Assembly (NCBI GenBank): GCA_049366815.1
Contig: JBMNCO010000101.1
Coordinates: forward strand, 22,783-86,782
DNA from: Desulfatiglandales bacterium
GTDB lineage: Bacteria; Desulfobacterota; DSM-4660; Desulfatiglandales; HGW-15
DNA length: 64,000 nucleotides
Reading direction: 5' to 3'
Numbering within the stretch: position 1 is the first letter of the stretch; each line of letters opens with the position of its first letter. Below are positions 47,263 to 56,812 of this stretch, one piece after another. The translations under genes were made by a program, and so were the position numbers. A model generated the notes under the pieces. That model had not been told where the DNA came from. It did not search any database and saw only the letters and a list, made by a program, of their open reading frames with translations.

Positions 47263-47369
47263 TCGGCGGTGTCTTGGATCCAATCCGCGATAGCAAGGCA
47301 TCCAGGTCCGACGAAAATTCCCGGCCCTGAAACGGGACCTGGGCCGGGATTTCACTATCTCACAAAGGA

Positions 47370-48278
47370 ATGCTCATGATAGAAAAAGAGGGCAAAGTGA
47401 TCGGCCTGGTCGATCACGAAACCGGTGCAAGTCAGGCCCTGGGGCTGTGGTTTCAGGACAGCATTGAATTTGGTCACGGCTGCACCGTCAACATCAAGAT
47501 CAGAAATGTGCTCTACCACGGGCGCTCGGGTTTTCAGGAAATTGTCATCCTCGAAACCGAGAAACTGGGAAGGATGCTCGTTATCGACGGGATCACCATG
47601 CTCACGGAATTTGATGAGCATGCCTATCATGAAATGATCGTACACCCTCCCCTTCTCGTGCACCCAAACCCCAAAAGGGTGCTGGTCATCGGTGGCGGAG
47701 ACGGTGGAACGGTGCGCGAAACGCTCAGGCACCCGGAAGTCGAGGCCGTACACCTCTGCGAGATCGACGAGGCGGTGGTCACATCGTGCCGCAGGTACCT
47801 CCCCTCCCTGGCCTCATGCTTTGATGACCCGAGGGTGGAGGTCTTCTATGAGGACGGTGCACGGTTTGTGAGGGAACATCCGGACTCCTATGAGATCATC
47901 ATTGTGGATTCGACCGATCCGGTCGGCCCCGGACAGATCCTGTTTCAGCGGCCGTTTTACGAGGATATGAAACGCGCGCTCACGGACCAGGGGATTGCCG
48001 TCACGCAGTGCGAATCCATCTATCTCCACGAAAGTGTAATCAGGGGGGTTTATTCCTTTGCAAAGCAATTGTATCCGAAACTGGGCTATTACTACACCAT
48101 GGTTCCCACCTACCCAAGCGGGCTGATCGGCTTCTTCTTCTGCTCCCGGGGGCCGGACCCTATCCAGGACCTTGATGAAGCCCGTGCCGAAAAATTGGAC
48201 GGGTTAAGGTATTACACGCCGGGTGTCCACCGCGCGGCCTTTGCCCTGCCCCGATTCGCCACGAAATATTTCGAATAA
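47370..48278 (+). CDS. speE: spermidine synthase (polyamine aminopropyltransferase)
   Basis: 302 aa. Motifs VLVIGGGDGGTVRE and DSTDPVGP. Confidence 0.9.
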   Translation: MLMIEKEGKVIGLVDHETGASQALGLWFQDSIEFGHGCTVNIKIRNVLYHGRSGFQEIVILETEKLGRMLVIDGITMLTEFDEHAYHEMIVHPPLLVHPNPKRVLVIGGGDGGTVRETLRHPEVEAVHLCEIDEAVVTSCRRYLPSLASCFDDPRVEVFYEDGARFVREHPDSYEIIIVDSTDPVGPGQILFQRPFYEDMKRALTDQGIAVTQCESIYLHESVIRGVYSFAKQLYPKLGYYYTMVPTYPSGLIGFFFCSRGPDPIQDLDEARAEKLDGLRYYTPGVHRAAFALPRFATKYFE

Positions 48279-48377
48279 AAGGACCCACGCCCTTGCGGTG
48301 CGTGGATTCTTTAAATTGAGGTTTCCGCCCAAGCAGCGGAAAGCAGGGGCCGGGATTTTCTCGGAGTTTAAGAACAG

Positions 48378-49223
48378 TTATAGGACAGGTTCGAGTTCCA
48401 GACTCAGGTCCACCGCGCGTGCCGAATGCGTGAGAGCCCCGATGGAGATCACATCAACGCCGGTCCCGGCGACCTCCCTGATGTTATCAAGGTTGACGTT
48501 TCCAGAGGCCTCGGTGACAACCCTGCCGGCCGCGATTTTTGCGGCCTGCGCCATCATCTCGCAGGACATGTTATCCAGCAGAACCACGTCCGCTCCGGCC
48601 TCGATGGCCTCCTTCAAACCGGCCAGGTCTTCCACCTCCACCTCCACCTTCAGGGTGTGGGGCGCCCTTTCCCTGGCCAGAAGGACCGCCCTGGCAACCG
48701 AACCGGCCGCCACGATGTGATTGTCTTTGATCAGGATGCCGTCGTAGAGGCCCATTCTGTGGTTGAAGCCGCCCCCCATTCGTACGGCATATTTGTCCAG
48801 AACCCGGAGGCCGGGGGCGGTCTTTCTCGTATCCACGATCCTCACCCTTGCCGGGCCCGCCCTTTCGATGAAACGCCTCGTCAGCGTGGCCACGCCGCAC
48901 ATCCTCTGAAGAATGTTCAGCGCAGTGCGCTCCCCCATGAGGATGGCCCGGGCAGACCCCTTGATCAGGCCCAGCCTGTCCCCCGCCGCCACCTTCTGCC
49001 CGTCCTCGTACAGGGTCTCAAATGCAGTGTCCGGCCGGAGGAGTTGGAAGACCCGGCGGAAAACCCAAAGACCTGCAAGAACCAGGTCCTCTTTGGCCAG
49101 AAGGGTGGCCCTTCCTTGGGCCGATGCATCCACCACGGCCTCGGTTGTCAGGTCTCCGTCACCGATGTCCTCGGCCAGGGCCCGTTCAATAATGCGGTCT
49201 ACCGCCGGGGTGTATTCAATCAT
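48378..49223 (-). CDS. nadC: nicotinate-nucleotide pyrophosphorylase (carboxylating)
   Basis: 281 aa, QPRTase pattern. Its start overlaps the valS stop by 8 nt. Confidence 0.92.
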   Translation of the reverse strand: MIEYTPAVDRIIERALAEDIGDGDLTTEAVVDASAQGRATLLAKEDLVLAGLWVFRRVFQLLRPDTAFETLYEDGQKVAAGDRLGLIKGSARAILMGERTALNILQRMCGVATLTRRFIERAGPARVRIVDTRKTAPGLRVLDKYAVRMGGGFNHRMGLYDGILIKDNHIVAAGSVARAVLLARERAPHTLKVEVEVEDLAGLKEAIEAGADVVLLDNMSCEMMAQAAKIAAGRVVTEASGNVNLDNIREVAGTGVDVISIGALTHSARAVDLSLELEPVL

Positions 49224-51867
49224 TTATTCCCTCGAAAAATTTGAGATTGTGATTGAGTTTTTCCAGTTTCACACTCCCTGTTTCCATCTTTTCCCGCACG
49301 CTGTCCACGATATCCTTCGGGGCCTTGGCCATGAACTGTTCATTGTACAGTTTCTTCCCGGCTGTTTCCATCTCCTTTTCGATCTTGGCGATCTCTTTCC
49401 TCAGCCGCTTTCTCTCTTCCCCGAAATCCAGGAGTCCCTTCAGGAGCACATGCACCTGATTGTGCCCGAATACGGCCGTAGCGGAGGCCTCGGGTTTGGC
49501 TGTCTTTGAACTCACGCCGGCGGAATCCACCTTGGCCAGACTCTGGATATAGTCCATATTCGAGCGGAGGATCTCGGCGTCCCGTTCCTCCGGTGCCTCG
49601 ATAACAATGCTCACATGCTTGGAAGGCGGGATATTCATCTCCCCCCGGATGTTGCGAATTCCCGTCACCACGCCCATGACCAGGTCCATGTCCGAAAGGG
49701 CGTCCGCATCCACATGGAAATCCCCGGGCTCCGGGAACCTCGCGGCCATGATGCTCCCGTTGGTGCCTGGAAGCCTCTGCCATATTTCTTCCGTGATAAA
49801 GGGCATAAAGGGATGGGCCAGTTTCAGGACCGCCGTCAGGACCTCCTGGGCCACATGCAGGGTGGATCTTTTCAGGGTTTCATCCTTTGCGTAGAGGCCC
49901 TGTTTGGCCATTTCCAGATACCAGTCGCAGAATTCATGCCATGCAAACTGGTAGCAAAGGCTCGCCGCATCGTTAAAGCGATATTCGTCCAGGGCCTCGG
50001 ATATTTCCTTGCTGACCCGGGCGACCCTTGCCAGTATCCAGCGATCCGCCAGGGTATATTGAACCTCTGCGGGTTTTGCACCGTCGCCGTCCTCGATGTT
50101 CATCAGGACAAGACGTGCCGAATTCCAGATCTTGTTTACGAAGTGACGGTACCCCGAGATCCTCTCTTCCGAGAGTTTGACATCGCGCCCCTGGGCCGCA
50201 AGCGCTGCGAGGGTAAACCGGAAGGCATCCGTGCCGAATTCATCCATGACCTCCAGGGGATCGATGACATTGCCCTTGGACTTGCTCATCTTCTTGCCTT
50301 CGGCGTCTCGGACAAGCGCGTGGATATACACGTCACGGAACGGGACTTCCTCCATAAAATGGATCCCCATCATCATCATCCTGGCCACCCAGAAAAAGAG
50401 GATATCAAAACCCGTGACCAGGACCGAGGTCGGATAGAAGGTCTCGAGGGCGTCCGTCCGGTCGGGCCATCCCAGGGTGGAAAAGGGCCAAAGGCCGGAA
50501 CTGAACCAGGTGTCCAGGACGTCCGTTTCCTGGACCAGATCATCACTCCGGCAGGCGGAACATGTCCGGGGTTCTTCCCTTGCCACCATGATCTCCCCGC
50601 ACTTTCGGCAATACCAGGCCGGAATCCTGTGGCCCCACCAGATCTGTCTCGAGATGCACCAGTCCTTGATATTGTTCATCCACTCGAAATAGACAGTCTC
50701 CCAGTTTGAGGGAACAATCCTGGTCCGCCCCTCCTTCACGGCTGCGACGGCCTTTTCCGCAAGGGGACCGACTTTTACGAACCACTGTTTGGAAAGCAGG
50801 GGTTCGATCATGGTCTTGCACCGGTAGCAGTGGCCGATGGCGTTCCGGTAGGGCTCGATTTTTTCGAGGAGCCCTGCCTTATCCAGATCCGCCACGATCT
50901 TCTCTCTGCACTCGAAACGGTCCATACCCCGATATGGGCCGGCCAGTTCATTCATGATTCCGTTTTCGTCAATGACCTTGATCCGTTCGAGACCATGTGT
51001 ATTGCCGATCTCGAAATCGTTGGGATCGTGTGCCGGGGTGATCTTCAGGGCACCCGTACCGAATTCCATGTCCACGTAACGATCAAAGATAAGGGGGATG
51101 GGTTTGTCCAGTACGGGCAACAGCACACTGAGACCCGACAGATTCCTGTAGCGCTCGTCATCGGGATTCACGGCCACGGCCGTATCACCAAGAAGGGTTT
51201 CAGGCCGGGTCGTGGCCACGACCACGTGCCCATCCCCTTGAGCAAAACGGTATCGCACATGGTAGAGGAAACTGTCCATATCCGAGTGTTCCACCTCGAG
51301 GTCCGCCAGGGCCGTGTGACACCTCGGGCACCAGTTGATGATGTAGTCGCCCCGATAGATCAGCCCCTCTTCATAGAGTTGGACAAAGACCTGCCTCACG
51401 GCCCGGGACAGCCCCTCGTCCATGGTGAACCGCTCCCGGCTCCAGTCACAGGAACTCCCCAGCCTCTTGAGCTGGTTGAGAATCATGCCGCCGTATTTTT
51501 CCCGCCATTCCCAGACCATTTCGATGAATTTCTCCCGCCCGACCTGGTGGCGGTCCATGCCCTTTGCCGCGAGATCCTTTTCCACCACGTTCTGGGTGGC
51601 GATTCCCGCGTGGTCGGTTCCCGGTTGCCACAGGACATTATATCCCTTCATCCGTTTGTACCTGGAAAGAATATCCTGAAGGGTATTATTGAGGGCATGC
51701 CCCATGTGGAGAGTCCCCGTGACATTGGGCGGCGGAATGACAATACAAAAGGGCTCTTTGTCGGATTTGGCTTCTCCCCTGAACTGTCCGCTTTCATCCC
51801 AGTATTTGTACCACTTTTCTTCGACTTTATTCGGTTCATAGCCCTTGGGCATGATCTCTTGTTCCAT
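49216..51867 (-). CDS. valS: valine--tRNA ligase
   Basis: 883 aa. HIGH-type motif (TLHMGHAL), KMSKS, and a C-terminal coiled coil. Confidence 0.97.
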   Translation of the reverse strand: MEQEIMPKGYEPNKVEEKWYKYWDESGQFRGEAKSDKEPFCIVIPPPNVTGTLHMGHALNNTLQDILSRYKRMKGYNVLWQPGTDHAGIATQNVVEKDLAAKGMDRHQVGREKFIEMVWEWREKYGGMILNQLKRLGSSCDWSRERFTMDEGLSRAVRQVFVQLYEEGLIYRGDYIINWCPRCHTALADLEVEHSDMDSFLYHVRYRFAQGDGHVVVATTRPETLLGDTAVAVNPDDERYRNLSGLSVLLPVLDKPIPLIFDRYVDMEFGTGALKITPAHDPNDFEIGNTHGLERIKVIDENGIMNELAGPYRGMDRFECREKIVADLDKAGLLEKIEPYRNAIGHCYRCKTMIEPLLSKQWFVKVGPLAEKAVAAVKEGRTRIVPSNWETVYFEWMNNIKDWCISRQIWWGHRIPAWYCRKCGEIMVAREEPRTCSACRSDDLVQETDVLDTWFSSGLWPFSTLGWPDRTDALETFYPTSVLVTGFDILFFWVARMMMMGIHFMEEVPFRDVYIHALVRDAEGKKMSKSKGNVIDPLEVMDEFGTDAFRFTLAALAAQGRDVKLSEERISGYRHFVNKIWNSARLVLMNIEDGDGAKPAEVQYTLADRWILARVARVSKEISEALDEYRFNDAASLCYQFAWHEFCDWYLEMAKQGLYAKDETLKRSTLHVAQEVLTAVLKLAHPFMPFITEEIWQRLPGTNGSIMAARFPEPGDFHVDADALSDMDLVMGVVTGIRNIRGEMNIPPSKHVSIVIEAPEERDAEILRSNMDYIQSLAKVDSAGVSSKTAKPEASATAVFGHNQVHVLLKGLLDFGEERKRLRKEIAKIEKEMETAGKKLYNEQFMAKAPKDIVDSVREKMETGSVKLEKLNHNLKFFEGIND

Positions 51868-51944
51868 GGGTCAAAACTCCTGAACTGGTGACTTTTTGAA
51901 ATCAAAAAATGGATCTCGATAAATCCATCTCAAAGACAGAAATA

Positions 51945-51977
51945 TTTAAGGGGTTGCAATTGTTGCAACCCCTTAAA
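51945..51977 (-). terminator. terminator hairpin between the polyacidic-protein gene and valS
   Basis: Near-perfect stem TTTAAGGGGTTGCAA / TTGCAACCCCTTAAA with a 3-nt loop and A/T-rich flanks. Confidence 0.6.
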
Positions 51978-52019
51978 TAATCACAAAATGACTTATTTTA
52001 AAAGACCTTTTTTCAGCTT

Positions 52020-53294
52020 TCAGTCCGATGCCGCCTCGATGCTCTTCCTCAAGGCCACCAGGGCATCGGAGATGACCTTCTCGGCCACATTCGTCATGGT
52101 TTCCCGGGTGGTCTTTTCGGTCATTTCCTGGACGATTTGCGTCATCATGGGTTCGATGCTCAGTCTGACACGCTCCGTGGCTTCCGCCACCAACCTTTCG
52201 ACCACATTTTCCATGGTTGCCTTTGCGACCCGCTCCACACTGCTCTGGACCGTGCCCGCGATCAACGCCTCGAGTTTTTCCTCGGAGATCCTTGTCAGCG
52301 GTTCCGCCCTTTGTTCCGGGGGAGACGTTTCAGGTCCAAAGGCCGCAACTATCGGAACCGCCGGTCCCCCAACCGTTCCCGCCTCTTCTGACACCAATTC
52401 GGAAGGGCTCTCAAATTCTTCACCCTGCATTGCAGGCTCGAGGATCTCGTCCATAACCTCCTCTGAAGGCTCCAGCCCGGGCTCGGCCTCCTCTGCATCC
52501 TCGGACTCAAGTTCCAGCCCTTCAATGGATTCATCCTGGAGCATCGCCTGCAGGTCCTCTTTCGCAATCTCTTCCTCACCCGGCTCCAGATCGGGCTCGT
52601 CTGTCTCCGCCTCTCCCAGATCCAGGTGCACATCTTCGACATCCTCTGCGGACTCCTCAGCAACCACATCGAGATCTTCCTCTTCAATCCCCCCGTGACC
52701 CGGTTCCAGATCGGGCTCGACATCCATGCCTTCATCGGTTTCGAAGTCCGCCGTCTCCGAAGGCTCCTCCGAAAGCAATGCCTCCAGATCTTCCTCCGTG
52801 ATCTCATCCCCGATCAGATCAAAATCGGTTCCAACAGCCTCCTCCTCACCCAGCTCCAGGTCCAAATCCTCGACGTTTTCGTCAATCAGGGCATTTTCGA
52901 TATCGTCCCCGATAATTTCTTCCTCGCCGTCTTCGGGTTCCATCTGAAAATCTTCCTCCAAATCCGAGACGGACCGATCTTCGAACTCCACCCCTTCAAC
53001 AGCCCCCTCTTCGGATTCATCCATGAGGGAGTCCGCCGTATCAGACTCCGTTTCCGGAGTCCGCTTGGATTCAACGGCCAGGGTCGTTTCGTCCTCCTCC
53101 GTCAAATCGTCGACACCCCAAGTATCTTCATCCTCAATGCCCGGCCCCTTTTCGACGAGATCCACGAGTTCTATGATCGCATCATCCGATCCCTCCTGCC
53201 CGCCATCATCCAGATCGAACTCTTCCATGTCGAAATTCAAGATATCCTCGTCCGTCAACTCCTCATACTCCATGATCTCCTTATCTTTGTCCAT
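52020..53294 (-). CDS. polyacidic repetitive protein with a conserved-looking helical C-terminal domain
   Basis: 424 aa. Extremely Asp/Glu-rich with repeated EPDLEPG / EEDL units. The C-terminal ~90 aa are non-acidic and helical. Confidence 0.65.
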   Translation of the reverse strand: MDKDKEIMEYEELTDEDILNFDMEEFDLDDGGQEGSDDAIIELVDLVEKGPGIEDEDTWGVDDLTEEDETTLAVESKRTPETESDTADSLMDESEEGAVEGVEFEDRSVSDLEEDFQMEPEDGEEEIIGDDIENALIDENVEDLDLELGEEEAVGTDFDLIGDEITEEDLEALLSEEPSETADFETDEGMDVEPDLEPGHGGIEEEDLDVVAEESAEDVEDVHLDLGEAETDEPDLEPGEEEIAKEDLQAMLQDESIEGLELESEDAEEAEPGLEPSEEVMDEILEPAMQGEEFESPSELVSEEAGTVGGPAVPIVAAFGPETSPPEQRAEPLTRISEEKLEALIAGTVQSSVERVAKATMENVVERLVAEATERVRLSIEPMMTQIVQEMTEKTTRETMTNVAEKVISDALVALRKSIEAASD

Positions 53295-53557
53295 CGATGG
53301 GCTCCCGCCTTAGGGTTTACGATTTTAATTGAACCTATCTAAAAAGTTATATAGATACAGGTGCTTCTTGCTGTCAAGATCTTTTCTTGTGTTCTGATTC
53401 ATTGAAATTAACTCACTCTAAACATGCCGTCGAATTATTTATGCGATATTCATGCCACCACGGATCCCGCACCCTGCTCCTCCCGGATAAAAACACAAAA
53501 TGTTCCGTATTGACCGCATCCCGAAAAGCTGATACAAGTCTCAAATAACACAAGACC

Positions 53558-53634
53558 GGGCGATTAGCTCAGTTGGATAGAGCGTTGGTCTCCGGAACCA
53601 GAGGTCGCGCGTTCGAGTCGCGCATCGCCCGCCA
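53558..53634 (+). tRNA. tRNA-Arg (anticodon CCG)
   Basis: A 77-nt cloverleaf folded by hand. Acceptor GGGCGAT/ATCGCCC. Anticodon loop CTCCGGA. T-loop TTCGAGT. Encoded CCA end. Confidence 0.93.
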
Positions 53635-53645
53635 CCGTAAAATCA

Positions 53646-53675
53646 AAGGCTTAGGTTCATTCCTAAGCCTTTTTC
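53646..53675 (+). terminator. rho-independent terminator of tRNA-Arg
   Basis: 10-bp stem AAGGCTTAGG / CCTAAGCCTT with a 6-nt loop, followed by a T-run. Confidence 0.8.
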
Positions 53676-53986
53676 ATTTAGGGACAAAATTCAGTTTCCC
53701 ACCCTATTTCCAACCTTTAACAGGTATTGAGTGAGTAAAGTTATGCGTCAAAGGATCACATCCGGATATCCCACCGGATAGTCCTCTTGCACCGTGTCCC
53801 TCACCGGGGGCTTCGGTGGAGTCTGCGCCTGAGGGCTGCTTTAGCCCAGCGCATGAAAAAGGCGGGGGAATCTGAAAGATATTGGCAAGAATGCGGTAAG
53901 ACTGGAAAACCGGTTATCAGCATCGTCAGGTTTCGACGGTCAAGCCGGAAGATTCTTTGCGCCGGTAACCCTGGATAAAGAGGGAA

Positions 53987-55000
53987 GTGAAAACAGGTAT
54001 GCCCCGAAAATCAAAAATTACACTGATCGTTATCCTGGTTGTCGGTATCAGCCTCTTGCATTACCTTACCGATCAGAGCCGATACCACTACCATGTTTTT
54101 TACGGGGAACTCTATTTCCTGCCCATTGTCCTCGCGGGCTTTTGGTTTGGCCTGCGTGGGGCTCTGCCAACCTCCCTTGGGATTACGGCTGCCTACCTTC
54201 CCTTTATTTATTGGCATTGGCATGGCTTTTCTTCGGATGATTTTGACAGGATGCTGTCGATGGCGCTCTACAATTCCATAGCAACGTTCATTGGTGTTCT
54301 GAAGGATCGCGAGATTGTAGCCCATGAGCAGTTGTTGAAGGCCGAAAGCCTTGCGGCAATTGGCAAATCCCTTGCCGCCGTGGCCCATGATATAAAAACA
54401 CCGCTTGTTGTCATTGGCGGTTTTGCCCTGCAGCTGCGAAAGAAATTTAAAAATGATGATCCGGATCGTGAAAAATCAGACATCATCATACGGGAAACGG
54501 AGCGACTGGGAAAAATAATGCATAACATGCTCGATTTTTCCAAGCCACCGGCGCTGCAACTCTCCCATGGATATCTTAATGAAATTGTGCAACGCAGTCT
54601 GCTTATAGTGGCGGAGACGGCACAAAAGAAGGAGGTCACAATTGAAAGCCTGCTTTCCCCGGACCTCCCGGCCGTTGCCTTTGATGCCATGCGCATGGAG
54701 CAGGTAATTGTCAATCTTGCGTTGAATGCTGTTCAGGCATCCCCCGAAAGGGAAAAAGTGTCAATACGGACCTCCATGGTAGAAAAGAACATTGTCATTG
54801 ACGTGGCCGATTGCGGCAGTGGCATCTCGCTTGACCACAGACCGAAAGTCTTTGATCCCTTTTTTACCACCAAGAAGGAAGGAACCGGCCTGGGCCTTGC
54901 TATCGTCAAAAAAATTGTGGAGGCGCATAAGGGATCATTGGAAATTTCAGATAACGCTCCCAAAGGGACTATTTTCAGGGTCATGCTGCCCATGCGCTGA
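53987..55000 (+). CDS. membrane sensor histidine kinase
   Basis: 337 aa. N-terminal TM helices. H-box AVAHDIKTPL and the N/G boxes (DCGSGI, GTGLGLAI). Start is GTG at 53987 or ATG at 53999. Confidence 0.85.
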   Translation: MKTGMPRKSKITLIVILVVGISLLHYLTDQSRYHYHVFYGELYFLPIVLAGFWFGLRGALPTSLGITAAYLPFIYWHWHGFSSDDFDRMLSMALYNSIATFIGVLKDREIVAHEQLLKAESLAAIGKSLAAVAHDIKTPLVVIGGFALQLRKKFKNDDPDREKSDIIIRETERLGKIMHNMLDFSKPPALQLSHGYLNEIVQRSLLIVAETAQKKEVTIESLLSPDLPAVAFDAMRMEQVIVNLALNAVQASPEREKVSIRTSMVEKNIVIDVADCGSGISLDHRPKVFDPFFTTKKEGTGLGLAIVKKIVEAHKGSLEISDNAPKGTIFRVMLPMR

Positions 55001-55284
55001 AAAGAAATAAGCACAGACGAATAAGGTGATGAAAATAGTCATTATAGGCGTTAAGGCTTGATTTTTTCTTTGACTTATTAAAATATATTCCGATCTCGCC
55101 ACCTCACCAATCGCTCCACCGGGCATCGGGGACGTTGCGCCCCCCTCGCCGGTGAGTTCAGACGTTAGGCGTAGAAAAAATATAAAGGATGAAAGCTTAA
55201 ATTATTCCGCTATATGTTTTTGTTTGTATCTGTAAATAATTGCAATTCAGCTGCCAGGAAATATTATCTAAAAAAAACAGCGTA

Positions 55285-55695
55285 ATGCTTAAGATAATAA
55301 AAAAAATAGAAAAAATCCTCATTCTCTCAATCGTTATAGTATTCTCTATAATACTCATTCTGGCGTTTATTGATATTGTATATGAAATATATTGTGAAAT
55401 AGTTGATCCTCCCCTATTTGTAGTAAATGCTCAAAATTTAATGGAATTGTTTAGTTTATTCCTTATTATCTTAATTGGCATTGAATTGCTTGAAACCATA
55501 AAAGCGTATTTAAATGAAAACATTATTCATGTTGAGCTGGTTGTTCTGGTGGCCATAATTGCCATTGCAAGGAAGGTTATTGTATGGGATTTTGATAAGT
55601 ATTCTTACATAGAACTGTTTGCATTATCTGCAATTGTTATTGCGCTGGGAGGAACGTATTTCCTGGTAAAAAGAACGCCTAAAGATAAAATTTAA
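55285..55695 (+). CDS. PsiE-like (phosphate-starvation-inducible E family) membrane protein
   Basis: Internal ATG of ORF 55240..55695 gives 136 aa with four TM helices and a PsiE-like pattern. About 28-30% GC on the lines I counted, against mid-50s % for the window. Confidence 0.7.
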   Translation: MLKIIKKIEKILILSIVIVFSIILILAFIDIVYEIYCEIVDPPLFVVNAQNLMELFSLFLIILIGIELLETIKAYLNENIIHVELVVLVAIIAIARKVIVWDFDKYSYIELFALSAIVIALGGTYFLVKRTPKDKI

Positions 55696-55727
55696 TAATA
55701 AGGGGACGTCCATAAGAAACTAAATAT

Positions 55728-56735
55728 TTAAGTAAATAGCTTGATTTTTTCTCTTTTCACCAGTCGTTCGCCCCTATCAACGGCATAACCAACAGCCGGC
55801 TGTGTAAGGCCTAACAACCTTGCCATGCTTGTCATGCTCTCACCAAGCTCCCTGACACACCAATAACAAAAAACACTTCTGGCTTCGGATATCGGCTTCT
55901 TTCTGCCGCCGGAATATAAATCCTCCTTTTCAATATCAAATAACGCTATAATTTTCCGTTCCACCATCGAAACATCATACCCGAGACTCTTGAGCATGCA
56001 CCTGCGTTCATATCGTTCATCGGCACTCCCGAGTACCTCCATGACGAATTCGCTGTCCCCTAATATTCTTTCGTCGCTCTTGATCCGATCCTGCCTGTTC
56101 AGTCCGGACTTTTTCACCTCCTTCCACCCCCCGAGACTTCGTATCAACCCGCCACCGGTCAATTCAGGTTTGCGGCCCTGAGAAACTCCAGCCACTGCAA
56201 AATCCACATATTCCTTTCTGGCCCTCTTTACTGTCTTTCCAAAGGTCGCCAGCACATATCTCGTATCCTGCCACGGCCTTGGACAATTCCCCAGCAATGC
56301 ACTATGACCGCAATACGGATAAAGGTTCAGATCGGACATATCCTCTACCAGTTTGGCCCGTAAGGGATTCAGATGGATATATCGCACCAATTCCATCAGA
56401 TAGGTATCTTCCTGGCAAATGATCGATTTGTAACGGTTCTGGAATAGTTGACCATGACGCTTGTATTTCCGATTAAAGGTCACGGCATAGCCCGTAAGAA
56501 GCCTCCTCATGGCCTTGGATATTCCGGCTTCACCGCTTTTAAAAAGAAAATGGGCATGGTTGCTTAAAAATGCCCACGCATAACAAGAGGTTTTCGTTTC
56601 CGGCAGGATGTTTGACAGGCGTTCAATAAGATCATTTCGGTCTTTGTCATCCCGAAATATCTTTCGACGTTCTATTCCCCGGATCATGATGTGGTGTAAA
56701 ACACCGGGCGAATCTAATCTGGCTGATCTGGGCAT
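55728..56735 (-). CDS. HUH/Y1 transposase of the IS200/RAYT type with C-terminal DnaA-domain-IV-like HTH
   Basis: 335 aa. HUH motif in SNHAHFLF. Catalytic Tyr context FQNRYKS. C-terminal HTH-like segment ARLLGLTQPAVGYAV. Confidence 0.85.
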   Translation of the reverse strand: MPRSARLDSPGVLHHIMIRGIERRKIFRDDKDRNDLIERLSNILPETKTSCYAWAFLSNHAHFLFKSGEAGISKAMRRLLTGYAVTFNRKYKRHGQLFQNRYKSIICQEDTYLMELVRYIHLNPLRAKLVEDMSDLNLYPYCGHSALLGNCPRPWQDTRYVLATFGKTVKRARKEYVDFAVAGVSQGRKPELTGGGLIRSLGGWKEVKKSGLNRQDRIKSDERILGDSEFVMEVLGSADERYERRCMLKSLGYDVSMVERKIIALFDIEKEDLYSGGRKKPISEARSVFCYWCVRELGESMTSMARLLGLTQPAVGYAVDRGERLVKREKIKLFT

Positions 56736-56742
56736 AAGTGCA

Positions 56743-56771
56743 AAATTAGCTCATCATTGCATCAAAGTCAA
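56743..56771 (-). promoter_or_regulatory. sigma70-like promoter of the transposase gene (TTGACT-N17-TAATTT), about 7 nt from the ATG
   Basis: Read on the minus strand inside the right end of the element. The spacing implies a leaderless or near-leaderless mRNA. Confidence 0.45.
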
Positions 56772-56812
56772 GTTTCTTAATTTCTTATGGACGTCCCCAT
56801 TTTTCAATTTTT

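Larger units (their letters stand above)
55702..56798 (-). mobile_element. single-gene HUH transposase unit bounded by perfect 18-bp inverted repeats GGGGACGTCCATAAGAAA
   Basis: IR-L is 55702..55719 and IR-R is 56781..56798, exact reverse complements checked base by base. The unit sits between the psiE-like stop (55695) and the cobO stop (56813). Confidence 0.6.

Noticed and set aside
53635-53986. Integrase gene or att direct repeat expected next to tRNA-Arg.
   Set aside because: There is no integrase-like ORF on either strand. I found no copy of the tRNA 3' end (GTTCGAGTCGCGCATCGCCCGCCA) elsewhere in the window. Only the compositional argument for an islet remains.
55056-55069. 14-nt identity (GCTTGATTTTTTCT) with the 3' end of the transposase gene (55739..55752), possibly a relic of a second copy.
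   Set aside because: The match is T-run low complexity, flanking sequence does not align, and an in-frame stop precedes the putative relic codons. This is too weak to call a pseudogene.
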